A DNA stretch of 60,441 nucleotides, counting the filler, from Nemertoderma westbladi (lineage: Eukaryota; Animalia; Xenacoelomorpha): assembly GCA_032718475.1 (NCBI GenBank). It is 3 parts of 3 records of this genome, joined end to end, with 100 filler letters (N's around TTAATTAATTAA, not from the genome) between each part and the next. Parts side by side here need not be neighbours in the genome. Positions count along the whole stretch, not along the records: positions 44,210 to 60,441 come from JAUCBJ010001785.1; 2 more parts are not named here. The stretch is one strand, 5' to 3'. Positions 60,390 to 60,441 of this stretch are shown one piece after another. Below the pieces are notes generated by a model. The model saw nothing but the letters and a program-made list of their open reading frames with translations, did not search any database and was not told the origin of the DNA. Position 1 is the first letter of the stretch, and every line of letters begins with the position of its first letter. The position numbers and the translations under genes were made by a program.

Positions 60390-60441
60390 GTCGGATTCGA
60401 ACCTGGGACCTCGAGGTGGAAGCCGAGCCTACAGCCACTAG

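Larger units (their letters stand above)
59328..60441 (-). repeat. 412-bp tandem array (at least 2.7 copies), retrozyme-like
   Basis: Units start at 59328, 59740 and 60152 and are nearly identical; each has A/B boxes and a hammerhead core. Confidence 0.95.

Overview
AT-rich, intron-containing animal (probably marine invertebrate) genomic DNA in three contigs joined by N-gap linkers (20981-21080, 44110-44209). Host genes are the 3' exons of an alpha-tubulin, SMKR1, the first two exons of UBXN1, a spliced secreted ShKT-domain gene and a single-exon Cys-rich, probably GPI-anchored protein; most of the rest is transposons and satellites. Two systems stand out. (1) A young 10.4-kb BEL/Pao-related LTR element (1648-12013, minus strand, apparently identical 1272-bp LTRs, ATTAT TSD). 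It has no gag/protease/RT/RNase H but keeps an intact stand-alone integrase and two downstream orphan ORFs, one with zinc knuckles. Its non-coding regions contain many predicted RNA structures, and in place of a tRNA PBS it has a 13-nt site exactly complementary to a sequence inside its own LTR (Tf1-like self-priming geometry). The 5' LTR of a diverged sister copy at the window start conserves this arrangement. (2) A 412-bp tandem array at the window end in which each unit has a tRNA-like Pol III A/B-box head fused to a minimal type I hammerhead ribozyme (retrozyme-like). Also present are an intact Ty3/Gypsy element (tRNA-Trp PBS, -1 frameshift signal, FQDD RT motif), several MITEs with clean TSDs, LINE and SINE fragments, and 21-bp and 15-bp satellites. 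All calls were made by eye; no searches or folding programs were run.
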